DNA of 64,000 nucleotides, taken from contig OZ287070.1 in NCBI GenBank assembly GCA_965645245.1, forward strand, positions 2,790,001-2,854,000. The letters run 5' to 3'. Made by a program: the position numbers and the translations under genes. The stretch comes from Massalongia carnosa. Taxonomy: Eukaryota. The notes under the pieces are model-generated. The model was not told the DNA's origin, did no database searches, and saw nothing but the letters and a program-made list of their open reading frames with translations. Within the stretch, counting starts at the first letter, position 1, and the number at the start of each line of letters is the position of its first letter. Positions 12,097-22,355 of the stretch are shown one piece after another.

Positions 12097-12623
12097 CGTG
12101 AACTCTAGACTGATCCCTGAGTAAAAAGTTCAGAGCAGCGTGGAATAGTCCCGAATAATCAAAATCCGAGTCTCGAGTTTTGTTGCGTAGTTGATAGATT
12201 ATCACTCTACATATGCTAATTCAATAATTCAGCCTTCTTGGCTCTACTAGTTCATGTGACCTCGTATTGCTTCTATTTCTAAGGTTGGCGGAAACACAGC
12301 CATCTGCACCTCGCTGGCGCCTCTACCTAACACCCCTTTTCGGGCCTTGGTGCAGATCGCGGTGGATACTCCCTCTACCTCTGCGGCTGAGACCTGGAGT
12401 GGGTGGGCGCGTCAAAAACTACTATGCAGTGCTACCTCCGAATCCGAGATGATGAGGAGATGTAGGACTTCTTTGGCCCTCTATATAGCCTCCATCTCCC
12501 CCTATCACCCATCCTTCCCTATCCAATCCCTCGTCGTTATCCGAACTATCTCCTGGCGGATAACCGTGCAAAACGGACGAGGTTCGGATTTTGTATCACC
12601 TTTGTCACCGTCAGCGCGGAGAA

Positions 12624-12702
12624 CCGCTAGTAGCCGATCCGCTGGTAGCCGAATCCGCTGGTAGCCGAATCCGCTGGTAGCCGAATCCGCTGGTAGCCGA
12701 AT
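12624..12702. repeat. 16-bp tandem repeat CCGCTGGTAGCCGAAT x~5
   Basis: Directly visible head-to-tail copies. Confidence 0.9.
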
Positions 12703-12777
12703 AGCATCGGTCCCGCACTAGCTCTCGCCATAGACGAACTAACTAGTGTACGCGTATATCAATCGCGATTAATCCTT

Positions 12778-13012
12778 CGGCAAATTACTGAGATGACCCC
12801 CAAATAACCCCCATATTGTCTGGGGGTTACTTGGGGGTCAATTACCGTGAACTGTAATTAATTGAACGGCAAATTACTGAGATGACCCCCAAATAACACC
12901 CCATCTTGCCTGGGGGTTATTTGGGGGTCAATTACCGTAATATACTCGTAATTTTGCTTCTGGCGCTGTCACGATGACCCCCAAGAACTGTAATTAATTG
13001 AAGGGGGTCATT
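12778..13012. repeat. Duplicated palindromic units (TGACCCCCAAATAACCCCCA...TGGGGGTTAYTTGGGGGTCA), probable terminal/subterminal region of MULE-1
   Basis: Two ~71-bp copies at 12778-12848 and 12867-12938 and a shorter hairpin at ~12974-13010, just downstream of the MULE-1 stop codon (13284). Confidence 0.7.
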
Positions 13013-14486
13013 TGGAATATTGCGACCGCACGATTAAATGACAAGCACGAGGAAAAGCGACTAGATACCTATACAAAAATATACGGAAAACATCACAATG
13101 GAATATCATGATCTAATTTTCCATCCCTAGACTGTCATGTTTCGATGTCATTCCTTCACCAAAAAAATCGCCTCCGAAGAGGTGGCACATGAGACATAGC
13201 TAGCCGGCAGATGCTCTGTCACTTCATGACAGTAAACACGATTGCTTATCCTTTCTCTCTGTAAGGATAATCTCTAGACCCATCTATTGACTCGGCTTTG
13301 TCCCTCGCATTTGTCGTTTTCGAGGAAGTGACTTGTTTATTAAGTCAGTCAAAGACACTTCTCTAGAGCTTTCTAAAGCTGCCTTCGCTAAGTTGGCATG
13401 CTTTGTGTGTAAAGCTTCTTGCACTCTCACAGTAGGTTTCAATATCCGTCCAGTTCTAGATTTACGAGGTGAGATCAGTGCCCGGTCACGTTCTTTCTCT
13501 AGCATGCTCCAAATTTGCTCCTCCACTAGTATATTATCAGCTTCCTGTCGCTCTTCCGCTAGTGTATTCTCGACTTCCTCTCTCTCTTCCGATAATGCAT
13601 CGTCTTTTTCGTACGGAAAGTCATCAGAATCATAGCCCACTGGTGTTCTCTCCCCTTCCGAAAGTGGTGTTGGCTCTCCTAATGGAATGCGTAGAGGAAG
13701 AGGACATCGTCTTTGAGGATACGTCCATAATGGGCGGGTGAACAACTTTCTAAGAACTGAAGTATGCGACGATGGAGCTGGAGCTATATGCTCGAAATGA
13801 GGAACGATAATTTGATACTGTCGCTCTATCAGATATCTTCGACCCTGCTCTCAATGATTAGCCATGAATTAATCTTAAGGTGAGTACGTACCTGTTTAGC
13901 ATAAAGTATTCGTTTTTTGCGAGCATCTTCTTCGGCCGCCTCTGGAAAGCGACGTTTATAATTTCTATGTCCCTGTAGTGTTCCAGCAAACGTCTGATTC
14001 ATATCAAACCTTTGAAATTGTTGTAACTGTGCCTCGTCCATGTCTAACCATCCAATAGCCCAACGAGCATAGTTCTTCTGCTCTTCCTTAGTCTCTTCCG
14101 ATGAGTCTGTTACAATTGACGACGATTGAGATCGAGATGAGGAATTCATTTCACTCTGGAGGGTAATATTTTTGTCGCGATGAGATGTAAAACTCTTGTC
14201 GCTCTCGGTCGCAATATCTTCATCGTTTTGAGCCGAGAATCTGCGAGACCTAAAAACAAAAGAACGATCACTGAATCCATTCCAGTCACTTATGTCAGTA
14301 TGAACACTCATATTGTCGCTCTCGCCGTCATGATTGCTGTCGCTATTATTGTCATTAGAGTCATTGTCATTCTCTTTATCAACTTCATCTTCGTTGTGAC
14401 TAGATTGAGAGGAAGCAGTTTTGGATCTACTACTTGCAGTACTAGCAGAAACGTCACTCGCGGAAAGTCCCGAGTGATCACATGTA

Positions 14487-16655
14487 GAAGATTTCCCGAG
14501 GAAATGCCGCGCCCGGCGAAATGCCGCACTTTACAATTCGGCATTAGAATATTGTTTTCGTCGTTAATCAACAACTACAACGATTAATGGAATGTGTTTT
14601 AAATATAGTATAAATAGAAATTATGTACACGATATCCGACCCTAAAAACCTTACATAGCAAAACGCCCTGGGCGCTGGACTCTTCTTCCAGTCGAGGTAG
14701 TTAAAACCACCTCCTCTACCTCTTTAGCGATAATAACACGAGTAGGCGGCTTTACCTTCTTCTTTCGAGTCTTTTGAACTTTATTAGACCCTGTATACTG
14801 CTTCTGCTGCCCGAGCTGTCCCTTAGGATATCTGTTTGCTGCTTTACGTAACTCCTTCTGAGCCTGCTTCTCAGCGGCCTTTGCTACCTTTGCTTCTGCA
14901 GTCAATCGCCGCTTCTCTAGAGCGATTGCTACCTTTTCTAGCTTCACCTCTTGTTTCTGTAACCTTTTAGCAGTAGCTTGTCGTCGCTTCTCGCTAATAT
15001 CTAGCTGGCGTTGTGCTTCTTCTTCCTCTTTTGCTGCTTGAAATATCCTGGCAGCCTGTACTCGCCTAGGACTAAAGAATTGAGGGCCTGAGTCCTCTTC
15101 CCCAACTAAACTAAGCCGATTACCTCTCTTCCTCCTCTTCTTTTCGTCCTGAAGGGTATTGCAGAGCCCTTTGATCACGTGTTTGTTGATAGAGTCCTGG
15201 GCAGCAAGGCGTTCGTTAGCCCGGAAGAACTTTCCTAGTAATAACTTCGTAGGCGCAATATCGTACGCTCGCTGCGTACGGCGAATAGCACGGCTTGTCA
15301 TTGGTGTTTTTGGCGACTGAGAAGGAGCCTCGATTATCTGTGGTGTGATAACATTTAGTATAAGGCTCGGATTGTAAGGCCAAATACCGGTTTTTTCGAA
15401 GGCAGAAGTAATTTTTTCCTCCGAAAATACCTGCTGCCATGCAGGGAAGAAAACGCTCCAAAAGGCTCTTTTTGACATGTTTATCATGCCTAGACTATCG
15501 AACATTAGTCTATTCAGCCCATTGGTATAGAACGTTGCTAACGGCGCGAATAGATAAACGTCCAGAGGCTGTAAACGATGCGTAGAGTGCGAAGGTAGAA
15601 TCAGGAGAAGAATACGTAAGTTATCGCATTTATCGATAAACTTAAGATTCACGTGGCTAGAATGACCGTCTACTATCAGTAAACGTCTTCTATTTCTAGC
15701 CTTTTGCTTCGTATAACGCTGAAAAATCTGCTCTAGCCAATTCAGGCCAAGGATATCACAATTCCATCCTTTCGCCGATACTGCAAAGAACGCCTCGTCA
15801 TTAGGATTTACATCCTCAACCCATGTATCCTAGAGTATGCCAGAGTCGCCTTTATAGATCAAGGCAGGAGGTAAAGCGGTTCCGTCGGCCCCGATACAAG
15901 CAAGGAGGCTGATAAACTCCCTATTCCCGTCCTGGCTTGCATGTGTGATCCGTCCTGATTCGAGGGCCTCTAGCGACATGATACGTTGCGTGGCACTTGC
16001 TTGGCCAATCACAAAGCCCTTTTCGTCCCAAATGTAAAGGTTTTCCCCCGTGATATTGTATTTTTCGACACCGGCGACTAGCTAATAGAAACATTAGTTA
16101 TTTTCGATCATAATTAATATTCAATAAATAGGAATGGGTAGTTAACACGCTACCAAATCGTAGAATTACTTAAATAAAGGCGGATACTCAGATTTTATAC
16201 GCTGGCTATCCATATTTCGAAGATAAAGACTTTTAAGCCTATCCTTGTATCGGCGGACAAAATCCCCTGTCCAGTTCTTCCCTACAGGCCCTCCTATCAC
16301 CTCCTCCGCTAGGTTTCGTACAATTATAGCGGTTGGGGGCAGTCCACGATCGACAAGGCGATTGATTTGCTGAATTAAGGCCTCTTCCTGGGCCAAGGTA
16401 AGTCGTTGCTTGTATTTTGACGCGGCTGCCTTTTGGGACACCGTTTGGCCTTTCCAGCGCCTCCGGAGGGTACTTTCGACTAGGCTAAACTTTTTAGCTG
16501 TACCCCTGAGGTTAGGCTGATCTTGCTGATTCAGATCAGCAATTGCGAGCTCGATACGAGCGTTGAGGGTGGATTTATTCATGTTTGAAAGTAATGGTTG
16601 GAAAGTGAGAAGATGCGGCATTTCGTCAGGTGCGGCATTTCCTCGGGAAATCTTC
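14487..16655 (-). mobile_element. Tc1/mariner pogo-Fot1-type DNA transposon, full length
   Basis: TIR GAAGATTTCCCGAGGAAATGCCGC at both ends; TA TSD at 14485-14486 and 16656-16657. Confidence 0.93.
14651..16582 (-). pseudogene. Fot1/pogo DDD transposase (HTH-psq + CENP-B HTH + DDE_1) with one intron and two C->T-type stops
   Basis: LVESTLRRRWKG, LTLAQEEALIQQI, VGKNWTGDFVRR, WDEKGF, LLIVDGHSSH, HSTHRLQPLDV; stops at ~16167 (FK*FYDL) and 15830 (IL*DTW); intron ~16082-16153. Confidence 0.9.
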
Positions 16656-17482
16656 TACGCCTGTTATGCTTGAAACTCTTGCAGATTGAGCATCTCATCC
16701 TCTGCTTTGATAAATCAAATCGTTTTCTTCTCTCACATCTGATTTTTGGGCGACCAGCCTAGACTACAAATTCTGGTGGTTTCACATCGGCCGCTGCGAG
16801 AACATTGAGATCAATAGGATGTAAAAATGACTGGTATGTTGCCTTGTACTCAGCGATTGTAAAGATGGGACTGACAAAATCCTCTGGTTCTCTTTCTTGC
16901 TTCATACATAACGCAACGGCATGATCACATGGCATCTCATAATCCTGAAAATCATGACAAGTACACGTCCTGGCTTCCAGATGCACGATGTGATGACTTC
17001 CAGTACCAGTAATGACGATACCGCAGAAAGGACGAGAATTTTGAACAGTATACTCGGCCGATTTTTTCCGTCCATCTTGAATCCATCTCCGGGCATAAGC
17101 AGTGACTCCATCTGTCTTGTGTTCAAGCTTGTGCCGTTCATAAAGTTTGTCCATGCATTGGTTCCAAATCTGATGGAGACAAAGCAATGCGGGCATGTGA
17201 CGTGCCTCCAGCCAAATATTATTTTGCGACTCTTGAGCATTCTATGACCCTTATCGGTGCCGTTACCTTCGCTTGCGCTGGGGGGGGCTTTTAATTGGAT
17301 GAATTGATTTGAATGCTTGAATTTGATTGGGCATGGGAACGACACAGGTCAGCCCGGGCAGGCCTAGGCACGTGACTCGGGGTCGGTGCTGAGGTGAGAA
17401 CCTCATCTTCTAGGCCCGAGGCGTCTGCTGACGCTCAACGATCCGATAGATGATGCCCGACGGCAGTGCCCGACGCGATGAT

Positions 17483-18646
17483 CTAGATGGAGGTGCCCGG
17501 CGGCGCTCCGGATCGATGCCCTGGTTGACCTGTACGCCCAATGGAATGCCCAATTGAGTAGGGGTAGGAGTTTGTAGGATTCGTCTCGGCGACGACAGCA
17601 CGTGGGACTGCCAGAGGGATGCCTTTTTGAAAAGTGAGGTTCAAATTGAATAGTGAGGCCTGGGACGTCTGAAAGTATAGCTGAAACGCGTTTGATGACC
17701 ATCTTCCGAGTCTCTGAATACTCTCATCCAGCATCCCGTGGTCGGCGGCGTGTTGTGCTGCTTCTTTTCTGAAGCTGTGTCCCAAGTATGCCGAGTCGTT
17801 GATGCCGGCGGCTATCAGTCTCTTTTTCAGGGATGCTATGACGGAGGCTCTGGTGAATGCGGTGCCGAGACGAAAAAGCGGGGATGTAGATGGCTGAGGA
17901 TCATTTCTGAAAAGACGCCGTAGTGCTGTCACGGGGCAAGTGCTCTCATTGGTCGCTGCCAGCACTATCTGAACTCCTGAGTGACTTGTGTCTGTTTTGC
18001 TTCTTTTGAGACGTAATGTCGCGTATTGATCGTTCTCGGCGAATGAGATGTCACCTCGTGTAGGTTTCAATCTCTGAAAAGATGTCTTCTTACGATCGGC
18101 GACAGTGTAGGTGATTTCCCCGAGTCTGAGGAACCCTGCCCATGCAACTTTGAATGTCGCGTCGATGTTGAGGTCTTCGGCCGAATGAGCGGGAATACTG
18201 GTGATTTTTGTCAGTAATTCTTTTGAAATGGGTAGGCGTCTTCTTTTTGTCTGAGAAAAGATCCTTTTTCCCCCTTTCAGCATCAATTGAAGTCTCGGCC
18301 CCTCGAATGGGGTGAGACCGTATCCTCGGTCTACATGGTATGATCTGAGGCCGGCGAGGTAGCTCGCTGCCGTCTCTGGTTTTATCTTTCCCTGCTTGGG
18401 TGTGCCGCCCCCGTATAGTCGACCGGCTAGCCATTCCTCGAGGGACTCGGTTGTTGCAGGCCACGACGTGCGTCCCGTCGTCGCGCAGAATGCCTCGTAT
18501 GAGTCGATCGCCGTCCCGTACCCTTTTCTCGTGTCCGCCGAGTGTCCGTGCCAGACGAGGCGTTTTACCAGGGCTGACCCTGGTGTGGAGGATAGGTAGG
18601 TGGAGGGAGGTTCATCGAATTGTATGGGTTCTGCCAATGAGGGCAA
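17483..18646 (-). CDS. Ngaro-1 ORF3, tyrosine recombinase
   Basis: GFLRLGE (R), KRSKTD (K), GHSFRK (HxxR), LGRWSSNAFQLY (W, Y); overlaps the ORF2 end. Confidence 0.93.
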   Translation of the reverse strand: MPSLAEPIQFDEPPSTYLSSTPGSALVKRLVWHGHSADTRKGYGTAIDSYEAFCATTGRTSWPATTESLEEWLAGRLYGGGTPKQGKIKPETAASYLAGLRSYHVDRGYGLTPFEGPRLQLMLKGGKRIFSQTKRRRLPISKELLTKITSIPAHSAEDLNIDATFKVAWAGFLRLGEITYTVADRKKTSFQRLKPTRGDISFAENDQYATLRLKRSKTDTSHSGVQIVLAATNESTCPVTALRRLFRNDPQPSTSPLFRLGTAFTRASVIASLKKRLIAAGINDSAYLGHSFRKEAAQHAADHGMLDESIQRLGRWSSNAFQLYFQTSQASLFNLNLTFQKGIPLAVPRAVVAETNPTNSYPYSIGHSIGRTGQPGHRSGAPPGTSI

Positions 18647-20268
18647 AAGTTAGCCAATCTTTCATCATCAAAACGTGACAGGGCATCTGCTAGTCCATTG
18701 GAAGTGCCACTGATCCATTGACAACGTAGTACGATGTCCCACTTTGCAGCTATGGACAGTATTTCTCGTAGAGACGCGTTGGCCGGTCCCTTGAGGGTTA
18801 GATTCGTGAATCCTGTGTATGCTGTGTTGCTGTCGGTAAAGACAAGGATCTGTCGATGTCGCCATGTCGGCGCCCATTTCTGATGGATTAGAAGGATAGC
18901 CTCGACTTCTCGGACGTTTATGCTCGGTGATTCTTCCTGATTGAGGACTAGGACTCGGGCCCTACATGCGTTTTTTTGATTCACGAGCTCGTTGTCTTGT
19001 TGAAAATAGCCTCCGAGACCCGTGAGGCATGCATCCGTATGCACCTTGATCGTGTCTCGTGTTGACGTCTCGAAGAAGACAATACCGTTGAAGTCCACTA
19101 AAAGTTTGTTCCACCAGATGAGATCCTGTCTGACCCATGTGGGAATTCTTCTTTTGACCCGACGATGACTGCCCGAGGGAAATGAGGCTATAAAATTCCA
19201 GAATAATCGTAAGAAGACTCGGCCCAATTTGACTGCCTGTGCGCAGAAGCTTAGGAAGCCCGCTATTGACTGCATGTCGCCGAGGCTGATTGTCGTCTCG
19301 TTTAGTGCCTTTGTAGTGATGATTCTCGCTTTTTCCAGCTTGTCCGCTGGCAGACGAATAAGACTGTTGATGGTGTCGACCTCGAGTCCGAAGACTGTCG
19401 CTGTCGTTCCCTCGGCGTCTTTTGAGTCGTTTCTCGGGATGCCGAGAATGTCGGTGAGAATGTTGTAGGCTTTTGTTTCTTGGTGCAATCGTTCTGACGA
19501 TGTCTCGGATGGGAAAATTGCAACGAAGTCGTCTAGATAGTGATGTAATCTCCATTGTAGAAAGGATTCCAAAATCCAATGAAAGCCTTCCGCAAAAAGA
19601 TTGAAGATGAACGGGGCCGTCGACAGTCCGAACGAAAGGCATGTCTCGGTGTAGAATTCGTCATTCCATCCGAAACCCAGAAGCCATTGATGATGAGGTG
19701 CGACGGGAACGTTTCGAAAGGCGTCTTTGACGTCTCTTTTCACTATGACAGCACCTTTGCCCTCTGACAGAATCAATTGAATAATGTCATCGAGTCTGGC
19801 GTATTGTAATTTGGATGCCTCTTCTGGAATGTTGTCGTTGACTGATGTTTGATTGGGATGAGACAGACGATGAATGCGTCGCCATCCTCCGTCATGTTTC
19901 GGGACCAAGCCGAGGGGGGAGGCCACAAATGGCTGACTCGGGGCGGCTATTCGTCTGACTCGGCCCTTCCTGAGGTCCTCTTGAAGCTTATTCTCGATCG
20001 TTTCCGGGTCCTCATTCGCTGATGTCAGATTTTTTTCGATCCGAAGGATGTCTGTGGGGCCTTCGTATCCGATTTGTACTCCGAAACGAAAGATCATGGG
20101 CAGATGGACTCGGAGGGGGCCCGGATACTCTTGAAGTAGGGTTGCCCATGCGGACGGTACGAGGGGAGATGGGCTGTCTTTCAAACGCTGACGAGATGCG
20201 TCTACGAGTTGAAACGAAGGGATTGTATTTGGTCTGATTGGTGCAGGTAAGCAGGGATGGGACGTCAT
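18565..20268 (-). CDS. Ngaro-1 ORF2, reverse transcriptase + DIRS-type RNase H
   Basis: SPLGLVPKHDGGWRRIH, KRDVKDAFR, LSFGLSTAP, HYLDDF, HTDAC, FTDSNT, NGLADALSR. Confidence 0.95.
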   Translation of the reverse strand: MTSHPCLPAPIRPNTIPSFQLVDASRQRLKDSPSPLVPSAWATLLQEYPGPLRVHLPMIFRFGVQIGYEGPTDILRIEKNLTSANEDPETIENKLQEDLRKGRVRRIAAPSQPFVASPLGLVPKHDGGWRRIHRLSHPNQTSVNDNIPEEASKLQYARLDDIIQLILSEGKGAVIVKRDVKDAFRNVPVAPHHQWLLGFGWNDEFYTETCLSFGLSTAPFIFNLFAEGFHWILESFLQWRLHHYLDDFVAIFPSETSSERLHQETKAYNILTDILGIPRNDSKDAEGTTATVFGLEVDTINSLIRLPADKLEKARIITTKALNETTISLGDMQSIAGFLSFCAQAVKLGRVFLRLFWNFIASFPSGSHRRVKRRIPTWVRQDLIWWNKLLVDFNGIVFFETSTRDTIKVHTDACLTGLGGYFQQDNELVNQKNACRARVLVLNQEESPSINVREVEAILLIHQKWAPTWRHRQILVFTDSNTAYTGFTNLTLKGPANASLREILSIAAKWDIVLRCQWISGTSNGLADALSRFDDERLANFCPHWQNPYNSMNLPPPTYPPHQGQPW

Positions 20269-20313
20269 GAATTCAGCTATTGAAGCTATTCTACTGCCTC
20301 CTGCACCAACCCC

Positions 20314-21327
20314 CTATTTCTTCGTTGGGCATGTCTTCTGGCCATGCCCAGCCGCGCCGCACGATTTGCATTTGTGCTGTCGGTAGCACGACGGCCAGGT
20401 GCAGGTGCCGCTGTTGTACTTGTCGCAGATTTCCCCCGCTGCCTTCTCGGCCCTCTCGGCCCTGTCTCCTCTCGGGGTCGGTCGTCGGGACGGCGGGGAT
20501 CGTGAGCGGCGACGGCGTAGGACTGTGAGGGGGGTGCAGAATCGAGCTTGGAATTCGTCGGGCATTTTCCATTGGGATGCGTCGGATGGCTGAGACGCGA
20601 TGATGTGGGTGTGGGTTTCGATGGCGAGGGGGAGGACTGCTTCCTGCCACTCGTACACCTTGGCCAGCGTGAGGATTTTTCCGTGGAATGCCGACATGGT
20701 GGCGTGAAGCGGTTGACTCGATTTCCCGAAAAGACTGACCATGATCGAGGTGTAGTTGATGAAGCTCTCGGTCCAGACGTCATGAACTGTCTTTCCGAAA
20801 TCTTTGTAGGTCCCGGATGCCTTTCTCAACCTCAAGGCGCCGTCTTCGATGCCGATGCGGTCTTGATCCTTGTATGACTCGTATTGCATGCCGTGCATGT
20901 GTCGGAGGCGGGAGAGGTTGATGGCTTTGAATTTATTTGAAAAGATCTTGATGATCTCGTCCTGTGGTAGGCCCGCGAAACGGGGTGCTATGCTTCTTAC
21001 TTCGAGAGGGATCTCACCTAGGTCCTCGTCGTCATCGCCGACGACACGACTCGGCTTGCCAGCAGGAATGACGGCCGCTATTCGGGCGTCAGATTCTCGG
21101 CGCATGCAGTCGATTTCTAGCTGCATTTTTTCCACCTCCTTCTCGGCGACCAATGCCTTGGACTCGGCAATTCTAGCCTCAGCCTCGGCCGCCTTCGCTT
21201 CCGCCTCGGCTTTCTTCTTTTGTAGGGCGAAGATTTGATTGGATTGGGCCTGCGTCAATCCGACAATCTCCTGGGGGTCGGGGACTATGTCGTCCATCAA
21301 GGTGCTTTGGGAACGGGTGTTCGTCAT
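20314..21327 (-). CDS. Ngaro-1 ORF1, Gag-like with C-terminal CCCH + CCHC fingers
   Basis: ICDKYNSGTCTWPSCYRQHKCKSCGAAGHGQKTC; coiled-coil N-terminus; open frame. Confidence 0.85.
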   Translation of the reverse strand: MTNTRSQSTLMDDIVPDPQEIVGLTQAQSNQIFALQKKKAEAEAKAAEAEARIAESKALVAEKEVEKMQLEIDCMRRESDARIAAVIPAGKPSRVVGDDDEDLGEIPLEVRSIAPRFAGLPQDEIIKIFSNKFKAINLSRLRHMHGMQYESYKDQDRIGIEDGALRLRKASGTYKDFGKTVHDVWTESFINYTSIMVSLFGKSSQPLHATMSAFHGKILTLAKVYEWQEAVLPLAIETHTHIIASQPSDASQWKMPDEFQARFCTPLTVLRRRRSRSPPSRRPTPRGDRAERAEKAAGEICDKYNSGTCTWPSCYRQHKCKSCGAAGHGQKTCPTKK

Positions 21328-21330
21328 TGG

Positions 21331-21453
21331 GAGGTAGGGGCACCGAGACAACGTGAGGTCGACGACGAGTCAGTGAGATTGGAAAAGCAGCAAGCACTGA
21401 CAGCGAGGTAGGGGCACCGAGACAACGTGGGGTCGACGACGAGTCAGTGAGAT
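21331..21453. repeat. 49-bp direct repeat x2 in the Ngaro-1 5' leader
   Basis: GAGGTAGGGGCACCGAGACAACGTGRGGTCGACGACGAGTCAGTGAGAT at 21331-21379 and 21405-21453. Confidence 0.88.
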
Positions 21454-22029
21454 GGATGAGGCCGAGTGAGAAGAAGTGAATGAGGAAAGAATTTTCAGAG
21501 GGTGATTCTTAATTTACTTTGACTCAGGGGCCTCACGTGACATAGAACCATCTCATTTACACGCACCGTCACCGGGTAATGACTAATAACTTTAATCTGA
21601 CCAATCAGATTTACTGCATTTTCCATTTCTGACGATAATGGGTACAACACCTCAATTACCCCTCATGATCTATGTAAAATGTCCCAACATGCTTCCTTTT
21701 TGCAGCAAGGCCCACAGCTCTTACATTGCGGCTTTTGTTTCGCGTAATGTTGCCTTTTACTTTAAGTTAGCTTGCATAATCAAGGATTTAGGCCGCGTTT
21801 GGATACGCCGTAGATGGCTGTTGGGAATTTGTCGCCGCATAGCCTGATAAAGTAATATCCTACTTTTTCGCCTCCGTGAGGCCATTCCCAGTGTACTCAA
21901 TAACGCAACTGTTTTTAAAAAGTCTCAAGGGCGCGGAAGACAAAAAGGTCATTATAAAGGCTATGATGACTTCAATAACTTCTATAGATCTATAATATAT
22001 CCAAATCCTCCCCCGCAAACACCACATCC

Positions 22030-22355
22030 ACGTAGTCCCCCATGCTCTCTGCCATTTCATCCCGTAGTCTGCCCATCCTTGTTGACGTAGATCCTTCTCT
22101 TGTAGCCTCTTGACCCTCGTGTGCGCCAAGGTCAAGTTCCTCCGCGCCCAGCTCAGTCTCCAGCGCCTCCTGCCCAGCTTCCTCCGTATATAGTTGTGTA
22201 TTGCGGTCAGAGCGTAGATTAGGTGAACCTGAGACCGTATTGGGTACTCAGGCGCGCTCCGTAGAATCTTCAACCTCCTCTTAAAGATCCCAAAGATCCG
22301 TTCGACGACGTTGTGGAGAAAGGAGTGGCGGAGATTGAACAGCTCCTTGGACGAT
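22030..22355 (-). pseudogene. PIF/Harbinger DDE transposase, C-terminal fragment (continues at 38309-38597)
   Basis: ELFNLRHSFLHNVVERIFGIFKRRLKILRSAPEYPIRSQVHLIYALTAIHNYIR. Confidence 0.85.

Larger units (their letters stand above)
13284..17247 (-). pseudogene. MULE-1 (Mutator-like) transposase, C-terminal half: SWIM finger, CCHC knuckle and long acidic/charged tail; split by the pogo element and 5'-truncated at Ngaro-1
   Basis: NAQESQN, CTCHDFQDYEMPCDHAVALC (SWIM), *AGRPK; removing 14487-16657 restores RCSICKSFKHNRR-TCDHSG in frame into ORF 13829..14311; probable intron ~13845-13891 leads into 13284..13745. Confidence 0.8.
17248..21540 (-). mobile_element. Ngaro-1: tyrosine-recombinase (DIRS order) retrotransposon; split terminal repeats not recognisable, 5' end probably lost
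   Basis: gag-like, RT/RNase H and YR ORFs in DIRS/Ngaro order; the MULE-1 5' half does not resume on the right, implying a deletion; boundaries approximate. Confidence 0.82.

Noticed and set aside
18962..19642. 226-aa ORF overlapping Ngaro-1 RT in another frame
   Set aside because: No motifs, R/S/Q/H-rich off-frame composition, no counterpart of similar length in Ngaro-2
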